From positions 32,001 to 96,000 of IMG/VR virus record IMGVR_UViG_3300017748_000001: a DNA stretch of 64,000 nt; one strand, 5' to 3'. The position numbers and the translations under genes were made by a program. Below, in pieces: positions 51,301 through 60,092 of this stretch. The notes under the pieces are model-generated. The model did no database searches, was not told the origin of the DNA, and worked only from the letters and a program-made list of their open reading frames with translations. Position 1 is the stretch's first letter, and every line of letters begins with the position of its first letter. This DNA is from a virus.

Positions 51301-51800
51301 CTCATAGAAGAGACTGACTCTGTTGTAAGGACTTCTTCTTCCAAGAAAGAGATACTATCTCCTTCGACAAAATCTACTGAAGAGTAATCTGATATATCAG
51401 CACCGCTGATAAATTTTACATAAAGAGTATCGGGATCATCTGCGTCAGTAGATCCAGTTGTATTTTCTGCGTGTACTACTAATGCTCGGATTCCTGTGGT
51501 AGAACCGACAATTACTCTGCCTACAAAGTCTGCGGCAGAGTTGTATGTAACTGAATTTCCTTGATTTTCTATCTTTAAAAAGGAAATATCTGTGTCAATC
51601 GCTGACTGGCCAGGGATGATCATTGCACCTTCTTTGAAGAAGTGGTCTGATACATTCGCAATCTGTTGTTGTAAGATAGACTGAATCTGTGTCAGTTCTC
51701 TTGCTTGAACAGAGTTGCCCGGCTTGAACAGTATTTTGAGATATCCACTATTTACGTCATAGTCATCATAATATGGAGTTACATTAAAATTGGATGCCAT
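45336..51800 (-). CDS. DUF4815/VrlC-like large baseplate-associated structural protein (2154 aa)
   Basis: N-terminus NFNVTPYYDDY...KILFKPG.SVQARELTQIQSILQQQI. Internal RTFDESGDYTVRP, LDRFKNGFVVEPF and NPIAQT motifs. C-terminal F.IKVVL...PPRLKDLRIIAL. Follows gp8 as in cyanophage-type genomes. Confidence 0.88.
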   Translation of the reverse strand: MASNFNVTPYYDDYDVNSGYLKILFKPGNSVQARELTQIQSILQQQIANVSDHFFKEGAMIIPGQSAIDTDISFLKIENQGNSVTYNSAADFVGRVIVGSTTGIRALVVHAENTTGSTDADDPDTLYVKFISGADISDYSSVDFVEGDSISFLEEEVLTTESVSSMSDFACQIKPASDTPTGKGSIAFIESGVYYLQKHLVMVNDQKIVLDKYSNKPSYKIGLQVNEAFVNSNMDNTLLDNAQGTTNFNSPGADRYRISLVFSKRSIDEVDTSNFIELISVRNGVVESHVRTTEYSVLEETLARRTFDESGDYTVRPYEVDIRELLNENENRGVSTLADFEFSNEVDAKSMARTRFFDEPDMIDLATGNGQAHTATPNDRTKYPEQNLDATGTKFYPGKTHDSLVAALRNRLAIGIEPGKSYVRGYELETLVTQFVDYKKSRDHIQKNNEYLTTKLGNFVYLTDVMGLPIPNQTVDLLNINVNGNDHVKIGDNPQFNAGDGSNSQGKSTYDKNQITADFSTWSSNNPIGADVIGTAKIRYVEHFAHDQNLDFSSGNFSPTNSDTDSAIYKVYLYDIRMEINPRTNREYLLNDLRSIESQSVAGAFNLFNGNVLVEYTLVDQLASFSNKNIIYSEYQDSDVRGVVYFSTSNKILVKTLGSGNPSSVGVGELNPRLFESNEVVREVEFDASPENAFSGSTNHDIGITANNARVVSRNVIFDTSGSSVVDTGSKFVKTIRFVDDDSGNSSVDTSYTVQIKFENISQSYSGTGSQVELTLGTNSNQVFGSFNEKYYFAYTPTSGSGVPVVHQLTSSNVALSTDANNRVTTALITLDSLAAGNNVIVYAPVIKTNAAEKTKTLVQDQVIFPFAGRKTDGTSVAIESYASNPSSTWFAGDLYGLNNTAGVFNSSTTDGLGNSLALTSLQLEHSDIFELTAVYDTCNVTNVVYQIDSAGTKKFYNEMTASELKFALDAYLEYEETGVNPTGFADAPVKIVDITDRYTFDNGQRTGMYDLGDIKIQPGQSECAGRVAIVYSYFDHSTGGDYFSADSYTHSTSGVLYSQIPSFKETRLSDVLDFRPQTVAADLFTEKSLATPLKFGQISTTSNTPLDSSYVIADYRQYLPRKDKVYLSKEGDFLIKYGAPSVSPNYPEDPNDGMVIYKLATDPYSLGTESIVKEMLDNKRYTMRDIGNLEKRIKTVEYYTTLSLLEKETKDMDVLDDNGLDRFKNGFVVEPFTGHTIGDVFDPQYNCAIDVVNKELRPVYYQKNSPMRFNQTESTLYDIKDGMVMLPYTSVILAGQGKSSKTVSVNPYAIMGFKGFVKLFPEQDDWKDTEREPDDSSSPSGSVGATDWPPFTRDADDDQDDGVPKGVDPVGTFFIRERNVFFHASGMKPKTRVFAFFDGTPVSEFCTTTKTIKVTGVSSADNFIQTYESEIIDNTGDMTLVNNQGHEVRVVGIQYVDATTLNFYVIDNIDTNSFTGGQALFLVGPNFTNGISPGKFALETGSNSSTLITDESGNLRGIFAVPNTDQMRFRTGDKIFKLSDQQSSTAFAQTEAEGLYSAKTKLDSTTSTRQQRYSSQFVQSNGSVRNQIGEGSNQFNPIAQTVMTDKIGGAFLTSVNIFFSSKDSVIPVSVELRNTVGGYPGKTVLTRKTLYPSNVLTSSNGNLATNFLFDAPVYIEQGVEYAMVVLADSQDYSVHVARLGENSLDGTGTISKQPYSGVFYKAASTSWAPEQMEDMKFTLFRAQFDTNVSSSLYFENSSTDKLGFAANEVKLGPSSIETFAGQDVVRFHVRNHDLIPSTAQNTHYYVTIAGLNSNARYGGDDASNAWLGSELNGTHEVVATTLHTFDILMTNVRYVGGNNVAGTSKAATLASSGRFNPSADATGKVTAEVNSKFDVLVPTIQSLQLPQTNVTYALKTTSGLSQDSDMITGVKDSSWTNFVPNKDIAFDTPRSVYSSYNENNFGTGSSNFEKKSLVYKLTLSSTQDNISPVIDTQRISSTLISNVVNYPIFTTTTDSQGNSTDTSSNYVNFISERNNTGGTTESKYITKEIQLNQPATSFKIVLSMHRPQDADVDLYYKIKTSDSQEYRKLNYDFIERPEGYAQSATGINQFTEFDYDVKGLSEFSSFGIKVVLRTKNSAMPPRLKDLRIIALAN

Positions 51801-51825
51801 ACTCTTTCTCTATCAATTAATTTTT

Positions 51826-53514
51826 TTAAAATTCGAATACTACTTTAATATCTTCGATTTGGTCTACTGCTCTTGAAACAGGTTGTCTGTTTTCTATATA
51901 AAGAACTTTACCAGTTCCAGCGGTTACATTAAACTCTGAGTTTCCGTCATCGTATTCTGGATGAGAGGGGCCCCGATAAGTTGTATTGTAAGCAATTTTA
52001 GTCGTAGAAGTATCAATCGGATCCGATAAGATTATAATCTGTCGGAATACTGGATCGAAACCACTCAAAGAATCTGAGACTACAGGGAAAACAGATTCTG
52101 TGTTTCCGCCTCTTGTGTCCTGTTCGTCGTATTCAAGTTTAAGGGCAACCATTGCATAATAACCACCCAATTCTTCTACTGGGTTACATCCATGACCATC
52201 GCCCGGCGACATAATTGCTCTAACTTGACATTCTGTTCCACTGGAAATCGCTGGAAGAACTGTTGCGGTTGCGTATGTATAGCCACTTCCGCGATTACTG
52301 ATAACTACTTTAGCAATTTCGTCACCCTGTGTCAATCCATATGCTGCTGCACCAGTTCCATCTCCTGCGAGTTGAACTTCTGGCGCAATAATAATATCAC
52401 CAGATTGTGATCCGGTGAGGCCAGGAAATGATCCATCCAGAGTTATATCGACCTGACCCGCACTAAATGAGAATGAAGAGATAGATTGTTGATACGATGT
52501 GTTTCCTGAGATGAATACTAATGCATAATCATCATAACCACCATTTCCAGCATCTGTTGCTCTTGAGATCATATCGCTCGCAGTCGGAGTGAATGAGAAA
52601 CTTGTAGTAGATTCTCCAATAGTAACTCCTGAGTGATTAAGATTCTGAAGATAACCTCTTCCTCCGGCATGACCAGAACCATCTCCATCGTCTACAATCT
52701 TAACAAAATCAATAGCTCCGGTGGAAGATTTGGCGGACTGTTGAACTTGGTATTGTGTATAATCTGCAGATGTGGTATCGGAAGGTTCTGCTGTCAGATA
52801 TTTGACAGGGAAGTAATCTTTAGTTAAGAACTTGAGAGCCCTATCTAATTGAACGGAGTACATATATTTCCATACATATCCATCACCAGTTTCTAAAAGC
52901 TCTGTGGTAGAAGTCCCTGTCGGTTTTACCGTAGATGCTACGGGTGCGACACCGACAGAAGTATCTGTCCATTTAGAATTATTGATGCACTTATAAACAT
53001 TAAACTGGTTGTTCCCTTCAGTAAGAACATATCCATTCGGAATGATTTCTTCTGGATCTTGATCGTCATACATCGTATAAACACTACCAGTTTCCCAATC
53101 GATTCTTGGTAATGCAAGAGTAATGGTATCATCACCTACCTTCTTCATTGCTATCAGATCGTTTTTGACTGTGTAGTGTTCTTTTACTGAGTCTGAGGGA
53201 GTTGGAGGATTTGAGTCATCTGCCCATGCAGTATTTTTTCCAATCCCAAGATAAAGGTTGTTGTAAAGTGATACGTTGTAGAATGCCCAACGCAAAACTG
53301 AACCACCAGCAGAAACTCCTGTGGTATGTGTGGGGGGTAAGCTGACTTCTGAAGTTCCTGACTCTACTGCAATGTAAAGGTTTGATTGATATAAAACTAC
53401 GTCGCCCTCAGAGTAAGATACACCGCCTTCCCATAGTGGAGTTTGTTCTGACAGGGATTCAATGAACTGCTGTGCATTAAATATTCTGAGTCGATTTGTG
53501 ATGATTGCCGCCAT
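51826..53514 (-). CDS. gp8: Baseplate wedge subunit gp8
   Basis: MAAIITNRLRIFNA, LYLGIGK..AW.DD.NPP.P, YKCINN, DGYVWKYMY, GHG.NPVEELGG, GKVLYIENR.P..R..DQIEDIK.V.EF. Confidence 0.92.
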   Translation of the reverse strand: MAAIITNRLRIFNAQQFIESLSEQTPLWEGGVSYSEGDVVLYQSNLYIAVESGTSEVSLPPTHTTGVSAGGSVLRWAFYNVSLYNNLYLGIGKNTAWADDSNPPTPSDSVKEHYTVKNDLIAMKKVGDDTITLALPRIDWETGSVYTMYDDQDPEEIIPNGYVLTEGNNQFNVYKCINNSKWTDTSVGVAPVASTVKPTGTSTTELLETGDGYVWKYMYSVQLDRALKFLTKDYFPVKYLTAEPSDTTSADYTQYQVQQSAKSSTGAIDFVKIVDDGDGSGHAGGRGYLQNLNHSGVTIGESTTSFSFTPTASDMISRATDAGNGGYDDYALVFISGNTSYQQSISSFSFSAGQVDITLDGSFPGLTGSQSGDIIIAPEVQLAGDGTGAAAYGLTQGDEIAKVVISNRGSGYTYATATVLPAISSGTECQVRAIMSPGDGHGCNPVEELGGYYAMVALKLEYDEQDTRGGNTESVFPVVSDSLSGFDPVFRQIIILSDPIDTSTTKIAYNTTYRGPSHPEYDDGNSEFNVTAGTGKVLYIENRQPVSRAVDQIEDIKVVFEF

Positions 53515-53547
53515 TGCTCATTATCCTCTAAAAATTGTCTAATCCTA

Positions 53548-53555
53548 TATTTATA
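53548..53555 (-). promoter_or_regulatory. T4-type late promoter TATAAATA
   Basis: TATTTATA on the + strand, intergenic. An AGAGGA RBS precedes 53514. Confidence 0.8.
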
Positions 53556-53564
53556 AAACTTTTT

Positions 53565-56500
53565 TTAATCTATGATTTGCGTTAATGATTCTAATTCTTC
53601 TATCGTTGTCGGAACATTACCCGTATCATAAACGCTCAGAATTGTCTCATGTGCAAAGTTTGTCTTTTCCAAATATTTTGAGTCTATATCTGTTAATTTT
53701 ACAGTCTCAAAATTATTATCTAATATCTGTGGAGTTTCTCGGAACTTAGATCTTTCGATAGAAAGGTTAGTCATTCCGGCAACTCTCAAACCATCAGTTT
53801 CGGGATTTTCGTCAGTTATAACCAAATACTTTGGTTTTAGTGTAACTCTAGAATCCAAAACCGCATGATAATTTCTTTCAAATAATTCTTCTACTTCTTG
53901 TATTGTTGTATTGGGCCAGTCATGATCTGTTCCATCAGTAATGCCTACAAAATTATTTTGCGAGAATACTGGGACAACTCCCCATACATTTGTTCCATCT
54001 TCTTTCTGAACCAAAGTTACTTGATTTCCTGACATCGAAGTATTTCTAAACGCACCAGTATATCCATAGTAAGCAAGATATGGGGAATCTAAGGCCTCTT
54101 CTTGTGGGCTAAACCGATACCTTATCAAGTCATCAAATGAGAATGTAGTATCAAAGAAGAACTTAAATCTTTCTAAACTTCTGTAAGATGTTCCTAGACT
54201 CGGTATTTCTTGTTGTCTGGTGATGATATTTACAATAAACTTCTCATCTCTGGGGTCTGCACCATCTCTTATAGAACCTACCCAATTAGTATTTATCCTA
54301 CTAACATTACCCCTAGAAACTTTATCCCATCTAAATTCTACTACATTGCCTGGAGTTCCTGTATCATTGTCTAAAGATCCGTGTGAGGTTAATAAATTTA
54401 CTCCAAGTAAAATATAGTGTTCAGTAGAAGTTGCACTGGTCACTTCGAATTTAGCAAATGAACGAGTAACTCTGTGTTCATCTCCAGTTATTATTTCTTC
54501 CGACACATTGTAGAAGGTAAAGAAGTTTCCTATGATGCCACTTTCGTAGTAATGTTTCTGACTTTTGGAAAATCTATCGTGATGATTTAGAGCAATATAA
54601 TTAATTTCTGAAAAATTATTTGCTCCTCCGCCAGACGCATCCGCATTAATCATCAGAGCATACCTACCTTCTCCCTTATCTACTGTTGCACCTACTGGAG
54701 TATCATCAGAAACCCCACTGAGAGAAGATAAAGTATCTTGTCGGTTATTATATTCTAATATAAGGCCAGAAGACATCAAATCCTGTGAGTTAACTGGAGT
54801 TTGTTTGTTGACAACATTCCCCGAACCGTCTAGTGTGGTTCCTCCAGTCCATTTTCCAAGTCCGTCCATATTCTTCATCGTGACATCGACGTTCTTGATA
54901 ATTTCGTAGAACAAATAGAGAATTGCTTGTTTGAGTCTCTTTCCTTCAATCTTGGTAGTGAGTGTAACTTCTCCGAAGACCATCATTCCTGCAGGGTGAA
55001 TAACTCTCTTAATGAGTTCTCTCCACTCATCAATGACTCTATTGACTCTTACAACATATGAATAATCTTGCCAGAGATAACCATCATGAATTCTATTATC
55101 TGACGATGCGAAACTCTGGTCATCTACAAATGCACCTTCGCGAACACATAGAGGGCCGGTCACTACATCTACTTGCGCTGTACCGTCTCCTATCGCAGTT
55201 AAGTCTAAAGTGGGTGCAGTTGTATACCCAACACCAAAACCGTCCTGAGAGGGGTCTGACGTTTGTTGTCGAATGGATATTTCTTCTATTCCTCCAATAT
55301 CAGAACCTGCAATAGATACTGATGCGCCAGAACCACTAGAGACGTAACCATTTGATTCGTCGGAAATATACGCATAAGGATTTCTCGCATATCCAGATCC
55401 TCCAGTCACAATGTCAATTTTTTCTATTGGGCCTTTGGCGATATTATTGAATTTGAGTTGCAAAGATTGCCAGTCTGGTATTGCAGTTGGAATTAAGTCT
55501 CCGTTGCTGTCATAGTCCATAAAGGATATTGTATTATTGATCGAACTTATGGAGTATTGGTAATCGGATAATCTTCTTGCTACCTGTATCGGATCTAATT
55601 CCCAACCAAATATCTGTATTTCGCCAGTAGTTTGATTTTGATATTCGGTGAATCTCTGTCCCTTAGTTATTCTAAAGGAACCAAAGAATGAAGTTGACAT
55701 ATCACTGCCACTGTCAGAGTCATCGTTGTCTGCGCCAATAGTAAGAACCGCATCTTCTCTCATATCCACAATCAAGTCTGGGAAGTCTACTGCTTCTGTT
55801 CCATCAAGATATACGGTAGTCCCGTCAGCTGCAGAAGAATATATTGTAACGTGTCTCCAAGTATCTAACTGAGTCAATTGAACATTAGTGGGAGAAGTAT
55901 AATCTCTTCTTACATTACTTTCATCAGAAGCAATCATCTCAAACTGACCGGATGCGAGGTGACGCATCACAAAAAGATCTGCGTTATCATTCTGACCTAT
56001 TCCATTAAATGCGAATACGACAGAATCTGAACCGCCAGTTCCATAATACCAGAAATCTATTGTAAATGAAGGTATGTCGTGGAAATAACTTGCAGCAGTA
56101 GGTATTCTAACATACCCATCTCCCCTGAGAGATAAGCTAAAGTTGCCTATCGCAGATCCGAAAGAAGGATTTTCTCTATACGCATTATATCGAACACTGT
56201 CAGTGTCTTGCTTGAACTCATAAAATACAGAAGATGATTTTACAGTATCAAAATCGTATAATAAAACAACATCATCGTAACTGGTATCTCTGTTGACTAG
56301 ATAAGCTTCTACTTCTCTGGAAGTTTGAGAATCAAATACAGCATCCGGATAATCTGAAATGTCCCACACTAGTTGCGGATAACTTGGATCCTTTGTGTCC
56401 TGAGTCCATGTGATATCAAAATCTCTTTCAACTCCACCGACCTGTGATATTCTTCCTATGGCTCCAGATCCAAATGTTCCATCATTTACAAACTCTACGA

Positions 56501-57779
56501 ATTCGCCAGTAATATAGTTGTCGCCGGCAGTATTTACTGCGATATTAGAAATCCCGGCCGTTGTGGTGTTATCAATTTTCGCACTAAATCCAGAGCCCGA
56601 ACCATTTGTTCCTAGACTAAAATCTAAATTAAAATTTCTGGGATAATTACTGCCAGGATTTACAATATTAAATCCAGTGACGCAAGAATATAATTGTTCT
56701 TTGACTAATCTTCCATCGTCCATTTCAACGAAGACATTTTCCTGATCTTGAAATTCGCCAGAAACATCTCCAAGGAAATATTCGTTGACATTAAAATTTG
56801 AACGCGAAAAAGTTACTTTAGATTCTATTATTCCTATGGCAGAACTCGTTTCTCCGATAATTCTGACGGGAGTACCCGCAGCAGAAGTAGTATTCGGGTT
56901 AGTTCTAATACTTTTATTCTCCACCCATCTATTATTACTTGCCTTGAAGATATTTTCTTTTGGATAATAGACATCGATATCTTCATTAAGAAAAGCTCTG
57001 AAAAGAAACTTCAGTGATTTCTGAGATCCTTTAGACTCATAAAAATCTTTAAGGAGTTTGAGAAAATGATTTTGGTCGGTAAATCGTTTCTTCTGTTCCT
57101 CTTCGATATTCTTATCTGGAGATGATGTCGGATTAGTTCTTAATTGAAATACGACTACAATAGAAACCCCATTGAGAGGAGCAAGAATATTATTCTCTTG
57201 ACCAAAGAATAATTTATCATCACTTAGAAAATAATCAGTTCCCTCTGTCAATTCTGTGTAGTCATCGGGAAATGACAATAGACTTGCATCGGCCGCAGGG
57301 ACACCAGAAAATGGATTTGGTGGGTTAGTGTAGACTTTCAGATCAGCAACATATGGAGATATGTCTCTTCCAAAGTAATACGAAGGATCTTTGAATGACA
57401 TCAAGAATTCAGATACAATTCCATTTCCCATAAAGGTATCTTGGACGAATGTTTCGTTTTCAGAATTAGACTGAGCCGTTGCGTTGAATAGTGCGGATAA
57501 TAGTTTTGTGCTTGTATTCTTATCTCGTATTCTTGTTACAGAAGGAAATACTGCGCCTATTTCTGACTTGAATTGATTTACGAATATATCTAATGTTTTA
57601 TCAAGATCGCCGTAGTCGGTAATCTCTGACATCACATCTAAAGGATTGCCGTCTGCAGATAACCATTCATAGTATAATTCAATGAATCGAACAAAGTTAT
57701 CATAATCCCCTTCTCGGATATGAAAGGGCAACGACTCCTTAACGATAGAAGCAATATTCTTTAAATTTGGACTTGACAT
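53565..57779 (-). CDS. gp7: Baseplate wedge initiator gp7-like, with inserted LamG/ConA-like domain
   Basis: LP.HIR..Y.NFV.FIE.YYEWL, KDFYESKGS.KS.KFLFR, RIHDGYLWQDYSYV...W...IKRV.HPAG. Located between gp6 and gp8. Confidence 0.82.
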   Translation of the reverse strand: MSSPNLKNIASIVKESLPFHIREGDYDNFVRFIELYYEWLSADGNPLDVMSEITDYGDLDKTLDIFVNQFKSEIGAVFPSVTRIRDKNTSTKLLSALFNATAQSNSENETFVQDTFMGNGIVSEFLMSFKDPSYYFGRDISPYVADLKVYTNPPNPFSGVPAADASLLSFPDDYTELTEGTDYFLSDDKLFFGQENNILAPLNGVSIVVVFQLRTNPTSSPDKNIEEEQKKRFTDQNHFLKLLKDFYESKGSQKSLKFLFRAFLNEDIDVYYPKENIFKASNNRWVENKSIRTNPNTTSAAGTPVRIIGETSSAIGIIESKVTFSRSNFNVNEYFLGDVSGEFQDQENVFVEMDDGRLVKEQLYSCVTGFNIVNPGSNYPRNFNLDFSLGTNGSGSGFSAKIDNTTTAGISNIAVNTAGDNYITGEFVEFVNDGTFGSGAIGRISQVGGVERDFDITWTQDTKDPSYPQLVWDISDYPDAVFDSQTSREVEAYLVNRDTSYDDVVLLYDFDTVKSSSVFYEFKQDTDSVRYNAYRENPSFGSAIGNFSLSLRGDGYVRIPTAASYFHDIPSFTIDFWYYGTGGSDSVVFAFNGIGQNDNADLFVMRHLASGQFEMIASDESNVRRDYTSPTNVQLTQLDTWRHVTIYSSAADGTTVYLDGTEAVDFPDLIVDMREDAVLTIGADNDDSDSGSDMSTSFFGSFRITKGQRFTEYQNQTTGEIQIFGWELDPIQVARRLSDYQYSISSINNTISFMDYDSNGDLIPTAIPDWQSLQLKFNNIAKGPIEKIDIVTGGSGYARNPYAYISDESNGYVSSGSGASVSIAGSDIGGIEEISIRQQTSDPSQDGFGVGYTTAPTLDLTAIGDGTAQVDVVTGPLCVREGAFVDDQSFASSDNRIHDGYLWQDYSYVVRVNRVIDEWRELIKRVIHPAGMMVFGEVTLTTKIEGKRLKQAILYLFYEIIKNVDVTMKNMDGLGKWTGGTTLDGSGNVVNKQTPVNSQDLMSSGLILEYNNRQDTLSSLSGVSDDTPVGATVDKGEGRYALMINADASGGGANNFSEINYIALNHHDRFSKSQKHYYESGIIGNFFTFYNVSEEIITGDEHRVTRSFAKFEVTSATSTEHYILLGVNLLTSHGSLDNDTGTPGNVVEFRWDKVSRGNVSRINTNWVGSIRDGADPRDEKFIVNIITRQQEIPSLGTSYRSLERFKFFFDTTFSFDDLIRYRFSPQEEALDSPYLAYYGYTGAFRNTSMSGNQVTLVQKEDGTNVWGVVPVFSQNNFVGITDGTDHDWPNTTIQEVEELFERNYHAVLDSRVTLKPKYLVITDENPETDGLRVAGMTNLSIERSKFRETPQILDNNFETVKLTDIDSKYLEKTNFAHETILSVYDTGNVPTTIEELESLTQIID

Positions 57780-57783
57780 TTAC

Positions 57784-59649
57784 CTATCTTCTGATAATAC
57801 TAACACTTTGAGTAGTGATATCGTAATTATTGTTATAATCGTCGGTATCAGCCATCATATTTATTGTTACTTCTTGTGGATCTATAACTAGAATTTGATT
57901 TCTTCTAGGGAATATATCCTGATCTTTTGGTGTTATTTTTATTTTCAAAAGACTTGAATTATTTTCTAATTCTGTTATAGTTAGATCGTTGAGAGTTAAT
58001 GTTCCTTTTTTGTGGTCTATTGTGCCGGAAACATTAGTCACATAAACTTTCTTTCCATTACTATCCATATAATAAAACTTTAAGTCAGTTTGATTTACGT
58101 CTTCGATATATAATAGATTATTAGAATTCATAACCTTGAATCCAGTAGAAGATATTGACATCGGAGATATTTGATTATTAAATTGATAGACATATTGTGA
58201 TCTAGCATTTAATGTTATTTTCTTCTCGATTTGAAGATCTACTGTGGTCGTATTATTTGTTATCGCGTCATTTGAACTGTCAATAGAACTGACGAAGTTA
58301 GAATATCTAAAGTAGTTATCGAATTCGTTCATAAAAGTATCGCTGAAATTATTAATTGAATTTAAGACTATTGTTTTTAATTCGTCTTCTCCCAAGATAG
58401 TAGCCTCATTATCATATTTAACATTAGTAGTAACAATGAGTTTAGTAAAATTTGGATCGATAATCTCTGGAAGAATTGTTAAAATAGAATAATCAGTCTT
58501 GAGTTTATTTTGAATAGAAGTTTTTTCAAAATCCGTTAAAAAACTTCCATCATTTGGCTTGATCGATATAAACACTCTTCCAAATTGTGGCGGTTCGTTA
58601 TCTTCTCCGCCCCAAACATTCACAGAGGATGCTTGTGTGTATATTTTAGGAATGATTGTCTTATAATCTCTTACGGTGACTGCTCTATTCTGACCTTCGA
58701 ATGTTCTTGGTGCGTAGAACTTAATAGAATCTGTGGTTTCTTTGTTAGATCCTCCGAAGACTTTATTTACTGTTTTAATTTCTGTTATTTTGAACTCGGA
58801 ATTGGTATTATTAGAATTAATTTTTGCGATTCCATTTGATGCTGCGCCGTCTGTTGTAAGATATTCGACTGTTATTAAGTTTCCGCTCTCTACCGCAGTT
58901 CCCAACACACCATCTCCGAAGAATACTTCATACAATCCACTTTCGACTTCTTGAACGAAGAAAGAATTTGATACATCGGTTAAATCCATCGTGTCAGTTG
59001 GTCTTTTGAATTCGGTAAATTCGTCTGTTGTTAAGTCTTCTCTGACGGTTACGCTGATTGTAGTTGTGTCCGCGTTGGCATTAGATAAGATAAACCGCTG
59101 ATTGGGGTTAGTTGTGTCCACGACAAAGAATTCTGTCACTGGATCGCCCTGTACTAAAACTAAGTCACCCAAAAAATATCTCGTAGTAACTGTCACGCCA
59201 TCATCATCGACATTAGAAGACAGTATCGGCACAGACCTTGGTATTTCCGGAGAGAAGTTGTAAGAAACTCCATCAAGTGTCGCGGTGAATTTAAATTCAC
59301 TGTTAACAAGAACTGTAGAACTTTCACTCTCCAACGGCCCGGTCTTTTCTATCACTAATGAAACTACCGCATTAGGAGCGATGTTAGATTTAGATTCATA
59401 TCCCAACATCTTCGCTCGCGACACCACATTCTCTCTGAGTCTTGCAGTATCTAAGAACATTTCGTTTGCAACCATGTTCAGATAGTATGAAGTATAGTGA
59501 GTATTGTAGGATAGAATGTCCATTAAGGTATTCAGACCAGAGGCCTCAAAGTCATAATCGACAAAAGTCGGATCATTCTTCATATACGCTATGATATTTT
59601 TCTTGATATCCTTAAAGTCTAGGTCTGATATTTGAATAGTTCTTGCCAT
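57784..59649 (-). CDS. gp6: Baseplate wedge subunit gp6
   Basis: DLDFKDIK.N...Y.K....F.DYDFE.SGLN.LMDILSYNTHY, YEVFFGDGVLG, QNRAVT..DY, VWGGEDNEPPQFGRVFISIKP. Confidence 0.95.
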   Translation of the reverse strand: MARTIQISDLDFKDIKKNIIAYMKNDPTFVDYDFEASGLNTLMDILSYNTHYTSYYLNMVANEMFLDTARLRENVVSRAKMLGYESKSNIAPNAVVSLVIEKTGPLESESSTVLVNSEFKFTATLDGVSYNFSPEIPRSVPILSSNVDDDGVTVTTRYFLGDLVLVQGDPVTEFFVVDTTNPNQRFILSNANADTTTISVTVREDLTTDEFTEFKRPTDTMDLTDVSNSFFVQEVESGLYEVFFGDGVLGTAVESGNLITVEYLTTDGAASNGIAKINSNNTNSEFKITEIKTVNKVFGGSNKETTDSIKFYAPRTFEGQNRAVTVRDYKTIIPKIYTQASSVNVWGGEDNEPPQFGRVFISIKPNDGSFLTDFEKTSIQNKLKTDYSILTILPEIIDPNFTKLIVTTNVKYDNEATILGEDELKTIVLNSINNFSDTFMNEFDNYFRYSNFVSSIDSSNDAITNNTTTVDLQIEKKITLNARSQYVYQFNNQISPMSISSTGFKVMNSNNLLYIEDVNQTDLKFYYMDSNGKKVYVTNVSGTIDHKKGTLTLNDLTITELENNSSLLKIKITPKDQDIFPRRNQILVIDPQEVTINMMADTDDYNNNYDITTQSVSIIRR

Positions 59650-60086
59650 TATCTTACTCTCTCTATAGTAAATGTAGTTGTAACCTCTTCATCGGTTGCA
59701 ATCAGTACATAAACTACTTGTATTTTTGCCGAATTGGGATAAAGTTCTGGATACTCTACCGAAACATTTACAATCTTGACTCTTCTTTCGTAGTTGGTAA
59801 TAGATCTTGTAATTCTATCTTCTAAGTCTCTTCTGGTAAATTCATCTTGTGGTTCGAATAAAGAATTGTATATATCTCCACCAAACGCAGGCGTGAATTG
59901 TCTTTCAAATTTATTTGTCAAGAGAAGATTTCTCAATGCTTGGTTGATCGCGTTTACATTTTTCTTCATCATGACATCATTGGTAATGGGATTTCTTTTG
60001 AAAGACAAATCAATATCCAGATACTGATCTCCGCCAAGTATGCCAACTTTATTGTCTATTGATGTATTTGAATTTGAATATGCCAT
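59649..60086 (-). CDS. gp25: Baseplate wedge subunit gp25
   Basis: YLDIDLSF.RNP.T.DV....N.NAI.QALRNLLLT...ER.F.P.FG..IY..LFE...YERRV. Confidence 0.93.
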   Translation of the reverse strand: MAYSNSNTSIDNKVGILGGDQYLDIDLSFKRNPITNDVMMKKNVNAINQALRNLLLTNKFERQFTPAFGGDIYNSLFEPQDEFTRRDLEDRITRSITNYERRVKIVNVSVEYPELYPNSAKIQVVYVLIATDEEVTTTFTIERVR

Positions 60087-60092
60087 GATTTT

